Shown: positions 11,505-24,264 of the stretch, one piece after another
Layout: the number at the start of each line of letters is the position of its first letter
Numbering within the stretch: position 1 is the first letter of the stretch
From: Callorhinchus milii
Lineage: Eukaryota
NCBI RefSeq assembly: GCF_018977255.1
Contig: NW_024704743.1
Location: 22,508,001-22,572,000, forward strand
Direction: 5' to 3'
DNA length: 64,000 nucleotides
Program-made: the position numbers and the translations under genes
Notes under the pieces: generated by a model
Database searches by the model: none
Told to the model about the DNA's origin: nothing
The model's input: the letters and a program-made list of their open reading frames with translations, nothing else

Positions 11505-12590
11505 ACTGTCTCGTGCGGCGTTCCTCAGGGCTCTGTCATCGGTCCCCTCCTCTTCACCTTCTACATGTGACGTCATCCGCAGACATGGGGTAAATTTCCA
11601 CATGTATGCAGATGACACCCAACTCTACCTCTCTCCCTCCACCCTGAAGTCCAGGACGACTGGCGTCCTGACTGACTGACTGCCTGTCCGACATCACGTC
11701 CTGGACGAGGGACAACTTTCCCTAACTCAACGTCAGCAAGACCGAGGTTCTCCTGATTGGCTCGCGCCAGCGCCTTCGCACCACAGGCGCTGGCAGCATC
11801 AGCCTCCACGGCTGCACACTCAACCTCACTAAGCCAGTCAGGAACCTGGGTATCTTGTTTGACCCTGAACTGTCCTTCTCCCCCACATCCGCGCCATGAC
11901 CGGCACTGCCTATCACCACCTCCGCAACCTTGGCAGACTCCGCCACTGCCTCACCCCTCAGGCTGCCAAAACCCTCACCCACGCATTCATCACCTCAAGG
12001 CTCGATTACAGGAACTTCCTCCTCATCGGCCTTCCCAACTCTTCCCTTCACAAGCTGCAGATCATCCAAAACTCTGCAGCTTGTGTACTCTGGCGCACCA
12101 GGCTCCGTGACCCCATCAGTCCCACCCTCACCCGAATCTACTGGCTCCCCATCCAAGAGCATCGAGTTCAAGATCCTCGTCCTCACCTTTAAGGCCATCC
12201 ATGGCCTTGCCCGCTCCTACCTCTCTGACCTGCTGCCTCCCTACCAACCTGCCCGCTCCCTCCGCTCATCAGGCTCGGTCGGGCCTGCTCCATGTCTCCT
12301 GCCCTACCATCGGTGGCCGAGCTTTCAGCCTCTCTGCCCCCACACTCTGGTACTCCATCCCACGGACCCTTTGCCTCGCTTACTCCCTTGCATCCTTCAA
12401 GGCTGGTCTCAAGACCCTTCTCTTCGACCGTGTCTTTGGTCTCCCTCCCACCTCTCTGCCTTCCCTCACCCCTCTGCCTTCCCTCACACCAACACCACCC
12501 CATGCTCGGGCCCCGACATCTGACTGTTCAGTGCTATGGGACATCCTCCCGATGTGAAAGGCGCTCTATACATGTAATTTTGTTGTTGTT
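11505..12590 (+). mobile_element. L2 LINE 3' ~1.1 kb (RT YADD motif to tail), frameshifted
   Basis: [23 protein letters not shown], (TTG)n tail. Confidence 0.92.
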
Positions 12591-14874
12591 GAAGGGTTTC
12601 CTTATGTGTCAGACACCCGGCTGACCAAAAAGGAATCAAGCCCCATCATCATACTCTATGAAATGTTGTATTACATTTAACCATCAGATGGCACTACACA
12701 CAACAAATTATTTAAAAATAAGCATGTTTTAGAAGTCATAAAATGTCAGTTTTACAGAAACTTTAGTGCAATTTTGCTTATTTTAAATATAGCTTTTTTC
12801 CCCTATCTATCACTGCTATCAAATTGCAACAAATATTAGTATACATTATCACTTAGAAATTAGGGAAGTCCATTTTCATTTGTATTAAATAATGTATCTA
12901 TCACCAACTCACCCACAAAGTTAAACCTACTGAATTGCTTTAGTGTACTTTTTTAATGCGGTCCCTGTTTGTATGACTTGCATGTGTTTTTAACTGTGCA
13001 ATTGATAGATAATTGCCATGATATTGGAAGCAATTCATCAAGAAAAGTATAAACTTCCTGCGTCATCCAAAGCACTTTTAATGCAGCAAAAAACAAGCTC
13101 AATATGATTCATACCCTCTATATTTGCACTTAGTGAGTATGAACCATGTTCCTGAAATTACCTCCTTGAGTGCTGTCTGGATCAGAGCTCCAGCATGATT
13201 CATCCCCATTTGAAATCTTTTCTTTCTACTTTCCATTTTGTGGAAGGAGAAACTTTCAAGTTTGCTTTTCTAACGATATTTTTAGCATAGTTGATAATTG
13301 CCATACAGGTTGTTGGTTTTTTTATGCGTCAAAGAAGGAAGATTGCTCATAAATGTATGTATTTGTTGGTACTGCTGGAGGTCCAACGGTGTTCTGGCCA
13401 AATAAACTTGTCCAAGGCATGGGAAGTATTAAAATTGGAAAAACTGCCTTTTATTGAGCTTCATTGCAGTATTGCCTCTGAGGTTTTGGACATCTTCCGA
13501 CATTTTTAAATATTTGCCCTTTGGTAAACTTTAGAGGGTTGGACCTTATTCTTCTCCCACTCGTAGTGTAATAAGCAGCTGCAGTGTGCACTAAATGGAT
13601 TAAACTGGAACAAATTATTTGGTTTCCAGCTGATGTTTTGACCGCTATTCCAACCTTGCTCTTTCTGAATATAGCCTTGAGTGTTATTGCTAAAATCTAT
13701 GCTTGTCCCCTTCTGTGATCTTAACTGGTTTACTGGATGTTCGATCTGTGTGTTTTGCCCACAAAATACACAGTCAATTCACTTTACGGTATATTCTGTG
13801 AAGCGCTTTGAGACATGATAAAGCTATTTCAAATGCAAGTATTATTATTATAATTAATGTAACAGATTGCTGTGAAATGCTCAAAGTTTTGATGTTTGTG
13901 AATCACCCTTATGTCAGCACTAATATAGCAAAGTTCGGTAAGTGGTTGCAGCTGATTGACACACTTCCAGTTATTTTGCCTGCTGCACAGTGTTGGTACG
14001 TGTACGTGGCCTATTGTTTCCATATAAATTGTATTCAAAATTAACGGTGCGTAGATATAGCCTTAAATTGGATAATTTGTTGTTGAGTTTTTATCAGTGC
14101 CAGCATGTGGGCTGACGGCTACTTGGCCACGCAGATGCTGTGGTAGCGTCTCAGTCTAACCATTTTGCGCTGTGCATTTATTATTGTTGTCAGAAAATAC
14201 AAGAGGGGGTATGAATCTAGAAGGCCATTCAGCCATGATCTCACCTTTCCACACTACTCACTCATCCCATTTCAGCATCGAGTTATTTCTTAAGTGAGTC
14301 TAGCATTCTGCCCTCCATCCTTTCCCTTACTGGTAAGTGAATTCCAGCTGATAATATTCCTCTGTGGAAAGAAATGCTTCTTGGTGTTTGCCCTGAAATT
14401 GCATTCCTAACCCTGAACCTGTATCCTCCTGTCCTGCTAGCTTGGCGTATCTTAAGCAATGTTTTGAGTTTGCTTTTATTCTATTTAGTATTTTTTGGTA
14501 TGAAGTCTCTTCTGAGTCAGAAGCACTTTACCAAATGTAATGAATATTACACTAGGGATTATTATCCATACTGCGTTTCTCTGCAATATGTCTAGGGTTT
14601 GAGCCACTCCCTTGGTTTGGCCTTGGTACACTGTAGTACTAATAGTCTATACACTTGATATAGCTTTATCACGTCTTTGAGATGTCTCTCCACCTAGATA
14701 CATCCAGTGGGTGGCCACTGTACAGCCTGAGCATGCTTTTTAGTGCTCTGAACTGATTAATCAACGTTCTGTTACGGTTGTTTATTGACTTGCGCTATTT
14801 TGACATGGTGAGTAGTAATATTTAATAATAATGATCCTTGCATTTGATATAGAGCCTTATTGCGTCATCACAAT

Positions 14875-15123
14875 GTGGAGTCCTGTAGCTCAGTGGTTAG
14901 CGCCTTGCAAGTGGGAACGATTCCCGGCAACAAGAAAGGTTGGACATGTTTCCTTGGTCCCTCAATCCATGGCTGTTTGTGGGACACTGCTGTGGGTAAT
15001 CGGCTGCCGTGTTATCCCACAAAATACACAGTCAATTCACTTTACAGTATATTCTGTGAAGCGCTTTGAGATGTCTAGAAGATGTGATAAGGCGCTCTAT
15101 CAAATGCAACGATTATTATTATT
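14875..15123 (+). mobile_element. Degraded, internally deleted tRNA-derived SINE
   Basis: Head GTGGAGTCCTGTAGCTCAGTGGTTAG plus core and tail, with deletions. Confidence 0.8.
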
Positions 15124-16701
15124 GCATTTCCAAGTGCTTCACAGGATTTTACTGTGAAGTGTAATGATAATATGTATAGACAGATGTGGCAGCCAATTTA
15201 CGCACAGCAAAGTCTTGCAAATAGCCATCAACTGTGTGATCAACTTGATTTGAGGGATTGTTGGCCAGAAAGTTTCATTTGATTTTTCTCTTACCACTGT
15301 TGTGCTGATAGTTAACCTCAGATGGTACTGAAACAGATGACTCCATTGGAACCTAGGAGTTTAACTGAGGGGGAATAATCAAAATAGACAGTGGTCTACA
15401 CCCATTTTAGGCAAATAATACTTCTCAAGCAGCTACCTGAAAAGCACAAGCTCCAAACATTAACGTTGAATATTGTGAACATAATAACATAATTTAATGA
15501 TATGCAAAATGTTATACAGAATTGATAGCATAATTCTTTAGTTGTAAGACAAGATACCTGATGCATATGAAATTTCGTATTATTAATTCTTACCACTGCA
15601 GACCTAACACAAGTTTGTATAAATAGGGGAGGGGGAGACTTGTGGGTTGTTGTGGCAGTCCTGCATAATAAAATATGACTGCAGTTAGGCTTGCAGTACT
15701 TTAAACTCCCTAGTTTATGGTTTTATTATACCTTTGGAAAAGCATGATAACCTCGGTATTTCACAACAATGAGGACTCACTCAAGTATCGCATACAGTTA
15801 TCACATGACTTAACATAGACGGCGTTTGGTATTCAGCCCAGTTTCTGTGAGCATCTCAGAATTCCACTGTGCTTGTCTTCTTCTTTTATGTTGATGCAAA
15901 AGACGATTTATGCTGTCCTCAGTGGTAAGTACAGAGGTGGGGGGTGGCGGGGGGGGGTGGGGGGAACTGAAGGTGGTTTATTCAGCAGAGGATTTTTTTG
16001 GGGTATTGTTCCTCCTTATTTTGCTTTAAAGCTTAAAAACCGATGTCATTTTGCAATTGATTAACAACAATGTTGGGATAAGTTAATTTAGACCTGCCTT
16101 AAGTTTTTTTTAAAAAACATTTTAGCTGCGACCTGTATTGATTTTACTTTTCATCGGCTGATTATTTGTTGATACTGCGAGCCTGAATGATGTGCTTAAT
16201 GTTTTCAACGCCTAAGTGGATGCCTGGATTTTCGTGAGAGGATACTTGTCTTTATTTGTTAAGTGTGAATTTTCTGTGGAGGTATATCAGGTGAAGTTGT
16301 TTGTGATACAAGTGGTTTAAACAATGGTTTATGTGTCACTAGATTCCTTTCTGTGGCAGCTTCTGGACTATTGAATCTTAGCACATTGCTGCCAATGAAT
16401 TATATCGGTAGTTACATAAGAGTGCTGCCTTCATCCGTTTTTCAAAGTGCTGTACATTTCAGCTCCAGTACTAAAATCTTTGGTTATTCCATAATTTTGC
16501 CCTGTGGAAAGCAACATTTCAAAAATGTACTTAAGGGGGAGCATGTTGAATATTGCTACATTAATGAATATCATATTAGCCCAAGTATGAGGAACAACTT
16601 CAGAAGCTGGATAAATATGCAACTCGGCACATTGTGGAGTTTTTTTTTAATGCCGCAGGTCTTTTTCCACCGATGCTGACTAGTGGGGCTGGAAGATATT
16701 A

Positions 16702-16877
16702 GAGTAAACTGATAACTCATCACTCCAAGGGTATAGGGCTCAGTGATGAATTATCTTGAGTGGCGAGTTAGGTTTGTGTATAAATACATAAATAAATGTG
16801 GTCGGAATATTGACAGCATGCTGATTTAAGTGGTAGAGACAAGTTAAGAACGGGGTCAAGTAATCAGGAGTTTACTG
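16702..16877. mobile_element. Second copy of the 178-bp MITE, opposite orientation
   Basis: Interior is a diverged reverse complement of 47720-47840 (GAGTGGCGAGTTAGG...ATAAATACATAAATAAATGTGG); ends GGAGTTTACTG|TA. Confidence 0.8.
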
Positions 16878-18299
16878 TACGTCCCTAACCCTCAAAAGTT
16901 GCTTTTCTGACCTTGACATGATGAATGAGAGAAGCATGGATGGCTTGCCCCATAATGTTTTCTCACTGAGGAAGCGTTTTACTGCACTAAACCTAATCCA
17001 AAGATTTAACTTTGATTTTTTTTCCCCAGCGGGAAAGGAAAATTTACAATCCCCTTTTTGTGTTTGTTAGGCGTTCCTGTCAAGATCAGGAACTTGCTTA
17101 TCGGATAATATTATGGATTCAAAACCATCCCAACACTTGGCATATCTCACTGAAGCACTGGAAGTCATGAGTTAATGAGGGATATATGTGCAATTGTTGT
17201 AGGGTATGTGACATAAGATGTGTTATGTTGGTTTGTGGAGATGCAAGGAGAAGGTTCTCATTATCTTTAACAAAGTATGGCAACCTATAGGAATGCAACA
17301 GCAATGGTCTCAACAAGTTTAGAGTGTTTCATTCGGAAGGTGTGGCCTGTTACGGATGTTGCTACACATTTTGGGATATAACCCAGCAACAAATTGTATT
17401 TCAGTTTAGACAAAGGGATTGCAGGAATCTGCATCATTTCGGAAAGATCAAACGGCTTGCTGCATCAGCAAAACATGCATAACATGAATGATCCAACATC
17501 TGATGTAGTGAGAAGTTCATAATGTAAAGTGATGTTTAGGATTACATGCACTTGATCATTTCTAAAAATATCCCAGCATAAAATGTAATATTGGTGGGCA
17601 TAAAATATTTTGGGATATACCTTCATCCCTAAATAAATGCTTTTTATAAATCATTAATGATTTTTAGGTAAACGTCTGTTGCATTGAGGTTATCCACTGT
17701 TCAATTTTAGCAGGATTTTAATTGCAGGACACTTCACTATCACAGAACCGTTGAAAATGACAGCACAGTTGTCTGTGCTGACTCTTTGAAAGAGCAATCC
17801 ATTTAGTCTCAATTGCTTGCATTTTCACCATACTCTTGCAGTTATTCCTTTTTAGAAATCTGTCTAGTTCCCTCTTGAAAACTAATATGGATCCTGCCAT
17901 GATCACCTCACCCGATGTAACAAATCTCTCCTAATCTCTCTCTTTGCTGCCTTGCTAAATACTACGACTACTAGTTACAATTGGACAGTTAACTCTATAT
18001 TTTATGGTATATATAAAAGAAAAGCAGGAATGTAAAATAATAAAACCCCATGAGACTTGAATATTCCTTATTGTAGCATTGAACACAATGAAAATTACAG
18101 CTGAATAAGATGTCTGGATGGGCATTAACACTTCCATCATACCGCTGCAGGAAAGAATTTTCATCGGAAATGTAATATGGCAGCACAAGAATATCATACT
18201 CCAGCTACATGCTGCAAAGAAAAGATGTCTCAAGGTTTTGGAGGTTGGCAACAGGCTATCTCTGATATCTGGGATATCCAGTTGGCTGCTGCCCTCATC

Positions 18300-18745
18300 A
18301 ACAGCAACAACAACATTTCATTTATAGAGCGCCTTTCACGTCGGGAGGACGTCCCAAGGCGCTGTACAGTTGAGTCAGGACCCGAGCAGGGGGGAAATGG
18401 TCAGGGTGAGGGGAGGGAAGGGAGGGAGCGAGGAGGGGGTAGAGAGTCGAGAGGGGAGCTGAAGGCACGGTCAAAGAGAAAGGTCTTGAGACCGGCCTTG
18501 AAGGAGGAAAGGGAGGAGGCGGCGAAGGCACTGGGGGATAGAGTTCCAGAGCCTAGGGGCTGAGAGGCTGAAGGCCCGACCACCGATGGTAGGGTGGTTG
18601 GGGCGGGGGATGTGGAGCAGACCGGAGCCAGAGGAACGGAGGGTATGGGCAGGTAAGTAGGGGGATAGTAAGTCAGAGAGGTAGGAGGGAGCAAGGCCGT
18701 GAATGGCCTTGTAGGTGAGGATGAGGATCTTGAATTCATACTTTT
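18300..18745 (-). mobile_element. Young L2 3' end
   Basis: FKILILTYKAIHGLAPSYLS...GGRAFSLSAPRLWNSIP; (CAA)n tail at the left end. Confidence 0.9.
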
Positions 18746-18894
18746 GCTGGATGTCAAGATTGCATTTGCATAGCCCTTTCACCTTCCATGTCCCTCAATT
18801 TCATATGCTGGAATGATAGTTGCTGCTGATTTCAAGGACATGTCAATTGCACTATTTGTAATATTGTAAAAATGAAGGACATCTGTCTGAATCG

Positions 18895-20990
18895 TGGGAG
18901 GGCGACCGAAGGCACGATCGAAAAGGAGGGTCCTGAGACTGGCCTTGAAGGAGGCAAGGGAGGAAGCTGACGTTCAGTTGGAGAAAGTTGTCCTTCGTCC
19001 AGGACTGATGTCGGACAGGCAGTCGGTCAGGACGCCAGTAGTCCTGGAGTTGAGGATGGAGGCAGAGAGATAGAGTTGGGTGTCATCTACATACATATGG
19101 AAATTTACCCCATGTTTGCGGACGATGTCAACAAGGGGGAGCGTGTAGAGGGTGAAGAGGAGGAGACCAAGCCCTGAAGAACACTGCACGAGACGGTGCG
19201 GGGGCTGGAGGAGAAGCTGTTTGCTGAGATGAAGTGGAGGCAGTGTGAAAGGTAGGACCTGAACCAGTCAAGGACAGAACCTTGAAGGCTGAGGTGGAAG
19301 GAGAGGCAGTGGAGGAGGATTGAGTGGTCCACGGTGTCAAAGGCGACAGAGAGGTCGAGAAGGCAGAGGGAGCCCTAGTCGCACATGGCCAGGATGTCAT
19401 TTGTAACCTTGACCAGAACAGTTTCCGTGCTGTTGGCAGCATGGAAATCCGATTGGAGGGGCTCATGGAGGGAGTCGGATGAGAGGAAAGAGCGAAGCTG
19501 GGAGGCAATGGCTCTCTCAAGGACCTTAGACAGGAAAGGGAGGTGGGATATGGGCAGGCAGCTGGATAGCTGTGATGGGTCAAGGGTAGGTTTCTTCAAG
19601 TGGGTGATAGTGGCTGTTTTGAGGGGGGTAGGAACAGTGCCAGATGACAGGAAGAGGTTGATGATGTCGGCGATTAGTGGGGCAAGGAGGTGGAGCTGGG
19701 ATTTAAGGAGAGGGGATGGGATCCAGGGAGCAGGTGGTGAGCTTCATGGAGGATATGGTGGTGATGACAGAGGAGGGGGTGACAGGTTCAAAGGTGTGGA
19801 AGGAGGGATGGGTAGTGGTCGGAGTGTGTGGGGGTGGGTAGGGAAGGGGTGGAAGTTGGGAGGGCAGTGGCAGCTGAGCGGATTCCCTCGATTTTGGACT
19901 CGAGGAAGTCCAGCATTTTCTGGTAGTCGGAGGAAAGAATCTGAGAAGTGTGGCGGGGAGGGCAGAGGAGCAGGTTGGTGGTGGAGAACAGGAGCCTGGC
20001 AGAATTAATCTGGAGTAGAAGGACGATTTGGCCGAGGCAAGAGTAGGGCGGTAAGTTTTGATGTGTTCCAGCCAGATGTGCTGGTGGACCGTTAGGCCAG
20101 ATTTGAGCCAAGTGCATTCGGCAGCCCACACCTGGCACTTGAGCGAGCGGAGGTGGCTGGTGAATTAGGGTGAGGATCGGGAATAGGAGGCAGTTCGGGG
20201 GGTGATGGGGGCAAGGGCATTGAGTGTTGTGGAGAGGATGTTGTGAAGGAGAGTTAACGCAGAGGATGGGTTGGTGGGGGAGGTGGTCCAGAGGGGGAGG
20301 AGTTCAGAAGACTCCAGGGCAATGGAGAAGGATTGTGGGGAGATCTTCTTCCACAGGCGGTAGGAGATGGTGGTAGGTTTGGAGGCAGTGGGGAGAGGGA
20401 TATAGGAGTTGAGGGAGATGAAATGGTGATCAGAAATGGCCTTGTCGGTGATGGTGACATCCGAGACGCTGAGAGATCACCAGGTCGAGCGGGTGGCCGT
20501 GAACGTGGGTAGCAGAGTGGATGTGGAGGGAGAGGTTGAGAGAGGAGAGGAGAGCGGAGAAATCTGAGGCGATGGAGCAGGAGGGGGTGAAGTGGAGGTT
20601 GAAGTCGCCTAGGATGATGAAGCGGTAGGAGCTTCATCAGATGTCAGAGATGAAGGTGGGGGAGGATTTTGGGAGGTGGTAAATTAGGAGAATTTTTAGT
20701 GAGAGATGGGAGGGATGGTAGAGGGCAAGGTGTTCAAAAGAGGGAAATAAACCGGCGGAGTTGGGGGATAGGGCAAGTGACACCCTGGAGGTGAGGGCCA
20801 CCCCACCGCCACGATGGTTGGTGCGTGGGGCATGGTGGTAGATATAGCTGGATGGTGTGGCCTCAGTGAGGGGGAAGGTGCCACCTGGGGTGATCCAGGT
20901 TTCCGTGAGGGCCATATTATCAACATTCTCATCGAGGATGAGATCATTGACGGCCAGGGTCTTATTGCAGATGGAGTTATATACACAGAA
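18895..20990 (-). mobile_element. L2 LINE ORF2 remnant with APE endonuclease and RT N-terminal part, internally deleted
   Basis: NSICNK...MALTETW...HAPR...GGGVAL (APE), LDPIP, KKPTLDP...[44 protein letters not shown] in shifting frames. Confidence 0.92.
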
Positions 20991-22898
20991 GTCACTGGGA
21001 ACACCCAGCAGGTCAGGCAGCATCCATGGACAGAGGAAAATGAGTTAGCATTTCAGGTCTATGACCTTTCGTTCTAACAAAAGAGGTCTTTAAAATTATG
21101 AGGGGTTAAAGTCAATGGGGTGAAGTTATCACTGGTCAATAAATCCGTGACTTGAGGACATCAATGTAAGATAGCTAACAAATGGGGAAGTTCGGAGAAT
21201 TTTTTTGGTTAGGATATGGAATGCTCGGCCGGGAGCGATGGTTGAGGCACAATCCATATTAGCTTTCAAAAGGGAACAAGTTACATATCTAAAAAGGAAC
21301 ACACTACACAGGTAATGGGAAAGGGCATGTAAATGAGACTGAAAGGATTGCTCTTTATAGAGCCAGCACAGACACGATGGGCTGAATGTCCTTCTTCCTC
21401 TTTGACTACCTCGGTTACCTCCCCTTTCTCCCCAGTTCGGTGTCAAACCCTGTCATTGTTAAGTGCTCCGAATCGCTGCCCTGCGGGAAAGATGCTATAT
21501 AAGTACAAGTTGTTGTTGTTGTAAATTTCCTTGTTTCTAGTGGTCGAGGTTGGGAACTCGTACATATGCTTCAAATTTGCATCACTCCTCTCAGTTGAAC
21601 ACTGAACTTTAGGTTTTCAAAACACTCTCAAACCGTAATGTTCAGCTGCTTTGCATTATGCACGAGTGTGCTGAGTGAAGTCCTATTGTGTGCCTAATGC
21701 TTTAAAAAGAGTTTAAAACATTAGGGAAGGGTGGGGAGAAGAAATAAGCTACTTGGTTGAGAGAATAAACAATGGTTGAGAATATGTCGTATAACACTCC
21801 TGGATTTCTGGGCAATGTGATGTGGCATTGAATGTGTTTCCGAATGTTTTCAGAGCTTTTTTGTTGGGCGTTTTTTCCATGTGAGAGTTTGAAATAGAGA
21901 CTGACTCAACCCTGGGCATCTCCGTCCATTTCTCCCTCATAATTTAATGATCACATTAAAATGAGAGAATGCTACAGCACAGTAATGAACTGTTCAGTGC
22001 ACTAAGTTGGCATTGGTAGTTTTCTTTGCATGAGCCAATTGGCCATCCTTTACTTTTAGAAGAAAACGGCAATGACCGAGGTCAGAGAGCAGGTCCACCG
22101 ACCTGACCTTTTGACCATCATCAGGTCATGGTGGTCAGAGATGAGGGGAGTCCAAATAGAATAGAGAGAGATTCTGTGTCCCCCAAACAGACCTTAAAAT
22201 AATTTGAAAAATATGACTGATGCTCTAATTATAAATCCAGTTTGCCTGCATGTTTTCTAAGCCTCTGATATGCTATTGCGTTTTTTTTTGGCAGAGAGTG
22301 ATTAAACTTGGAAGTGTTATATAATTTTCTGCAGTTTTGCTCCCTGTTTAATTTTTGATATTTTGAGTGGGCGGTGTGAATAAATGTCAGTGGAAATGAA
22401 TAGCGGTTCAAAAAAATCTCCTGAAGGTTGTGTACGCTTTATTGACACTATTGTATTGATCACTGCTGAATGACAGCAGCATCCATTTAACTGTTCATTC
22501 CATTAAAAGCCCTTTCATGCCTGGGCAGCCAATTTAGGGTTACAGTTACACGCCTTTTCTTAATGAAAAAAAATCGGTGCGACGGTCAGCTTTTCGAAAC
22601 ATGTTGAAGTGCTTAGCGGGGGAAAAAAGAATTACTGGGATTTTTGCAAATCTGATGCCCACGTGTGCCAACAGATGTTCTCAAACTTGCTTTTAGAAGA
22701 AATTGTTTCAGACTTACCCACATGGACGTGCTTGAGAGCCTCCTGCGATTGCTGTTTGTAATTAAGGCTGTGAATCCCGAGGTCATGTGACTATGAATGA
22801 AAAGGATGGCTTCACATTTGATTGACTTCACAATCCAGTGAAGGGGAAAATAAAGGAAAAAGCCAGTAGTCAGCTCAGAGTGGGACTGCCGCCAGCTT

Positions 22899-22991
22899 AT
22901 GTGTCTGCCGTTAGTAAACTCATTGACAGTACCTGCAATTACAATGAGGTCGAGCTGGATGAAAAACAAAAGGGTTTTGCAGCCGTGCAGG
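22899..22991 (+). other. Candidate alternative first coding exon (MCLPLVNSLTVPAITMRSSWMKNKRVLQPCR)
   Basis: ATG 22899 and ATG 22944 (ACAATGA) in one open frame ending at a strong AGG|gtgagc donor in phase 0, 249 nt upstream of the phase-0 acceptor at 23241. Confidence 0.4.
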
Positions 22992-23240
22992 GTGAGCTCT
23001 CCACCTTTCATTTGCAGTACAGTGGTTGATGTAGTTAACAGAATAATGGAGTGTAGAGACTTACTTAAAAGAATATTCCTTGAATACTATTCTTTAGTAT
23101 GTTCAACGAGAAATACAGCACAATAGAAGGAATAAAGCAAATGATTGTTCCTTCAAAAGTAGCAGTACTATGTTGACTGACTGAAGGGTTTTTCTTCCCC
23201 ACTCCACTTAAGTTTTAATAATTCAATGTCATTTTTCTAG

Positions 23241-23387
23241 CATCAAGCTCCCGAGGTGATAAATCCTGAAGATGAAGTGACAGACACTGAAGACAATGTA
23301 GAAGAAGACTTAGGAGTTATGGAAGATCAACGTAGTGTAATCCTTCACCTCCTTTCTCAACTGAAACTCGGCATGGATCTTACCAGG
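23241..23387 (+). CDS. OSBPL10: ORP10 exon ([49 protein letters not shown])
   Basis: atttttctag acceptor, AGG|gtatgt donor, 147 nt, phase 0-0. Carries the [10 protein letters not shown] start of the ORD. Confidence 0.93.
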
Positions 23388-24264
23388 GTATGTAATCAAA
23401 TCGAGGATAAAGCTGGTGAATTTAAAAGTGATCGACATTGACTGATGCATCTTTTTTTGTACATTATTTCATATAAATTGTTTTGGACAGAAATCAAAAA
23501 ATGTTCAGTCAGTTTAACTTTGCCACGCAGGACCAGGTGCACAAGCAATTTAAATTTGCTACATTTAAATCGAGATCGTACATCTCCAATCTAACATCAT
23601 AGTTGTATTCTACATTCCCTGAAAGTAATAAGAAAAACTGAATGACAGTAACTGGAAAACCACTGCTCTAAATGAACAGTAATCAGCCAGTTATACAACA
23701 GCATTTTGTGAGCACTTGTTCTCTACCATTACCTACTGCATGCAGCACTCGTATGCATCTTTAATATCAGCCATTTCAAAACCTTTTAAGCAGGATTCTG
23801 TTGTGTACTAAGCTGGTTAAATGTAGTTATAAGCCATTTAGTGTGAGGTTTTATTGTTAACAGTTGCTGATTATTTTTTTAAGCTAATTTTACCCCGTTG
23901 GGTGTTGCACTATTAGCATACCATGTAGTAAACAAAATTAAGCATATTCAAACACAATTCGATACTGAAAATCTACAAGAAGCAGAAACAATGATAAGCA
24001 CAAAATCTTTGTGGAGCATCTTGTAGTGCTTTGAAAAGCTCCAGGATGGAGATGCTATGCTGCATTTCAGGCAGTTCATGTTGTTTTATGTCTGATGTAC
24101 AGCAATTAAGCATTGTTCATGTGCTTTTCCACACTGCCCAATGATTCTCTGTGTGCAGTACACTCCAGCCTGAAGGAACAACAACAGTTTGCACTTGTAT
24201 TGCGCATTTGAGTAGGAGGGAAAATGTCTCAAAACGCCTCAAAGGAATGTCGAGTACTGTTAGT

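Noticed and set aside
18118..18327. Exon-like ORFs after ctgcag at about 18149
   Set aside because: No ORP similarity, no donor before running into an L2 tail, and the gene model is complete without it.
19385..20008. 207-aa + strand ORF
   Set aside because: Antisense shadow of the L2 ORF2 remnant.
18974..21023. Functional reverse transcriptase/endonuclease gene
   Set aside because: Multiple frameshifts, stops and an internal deletion; dead L2 remnant.
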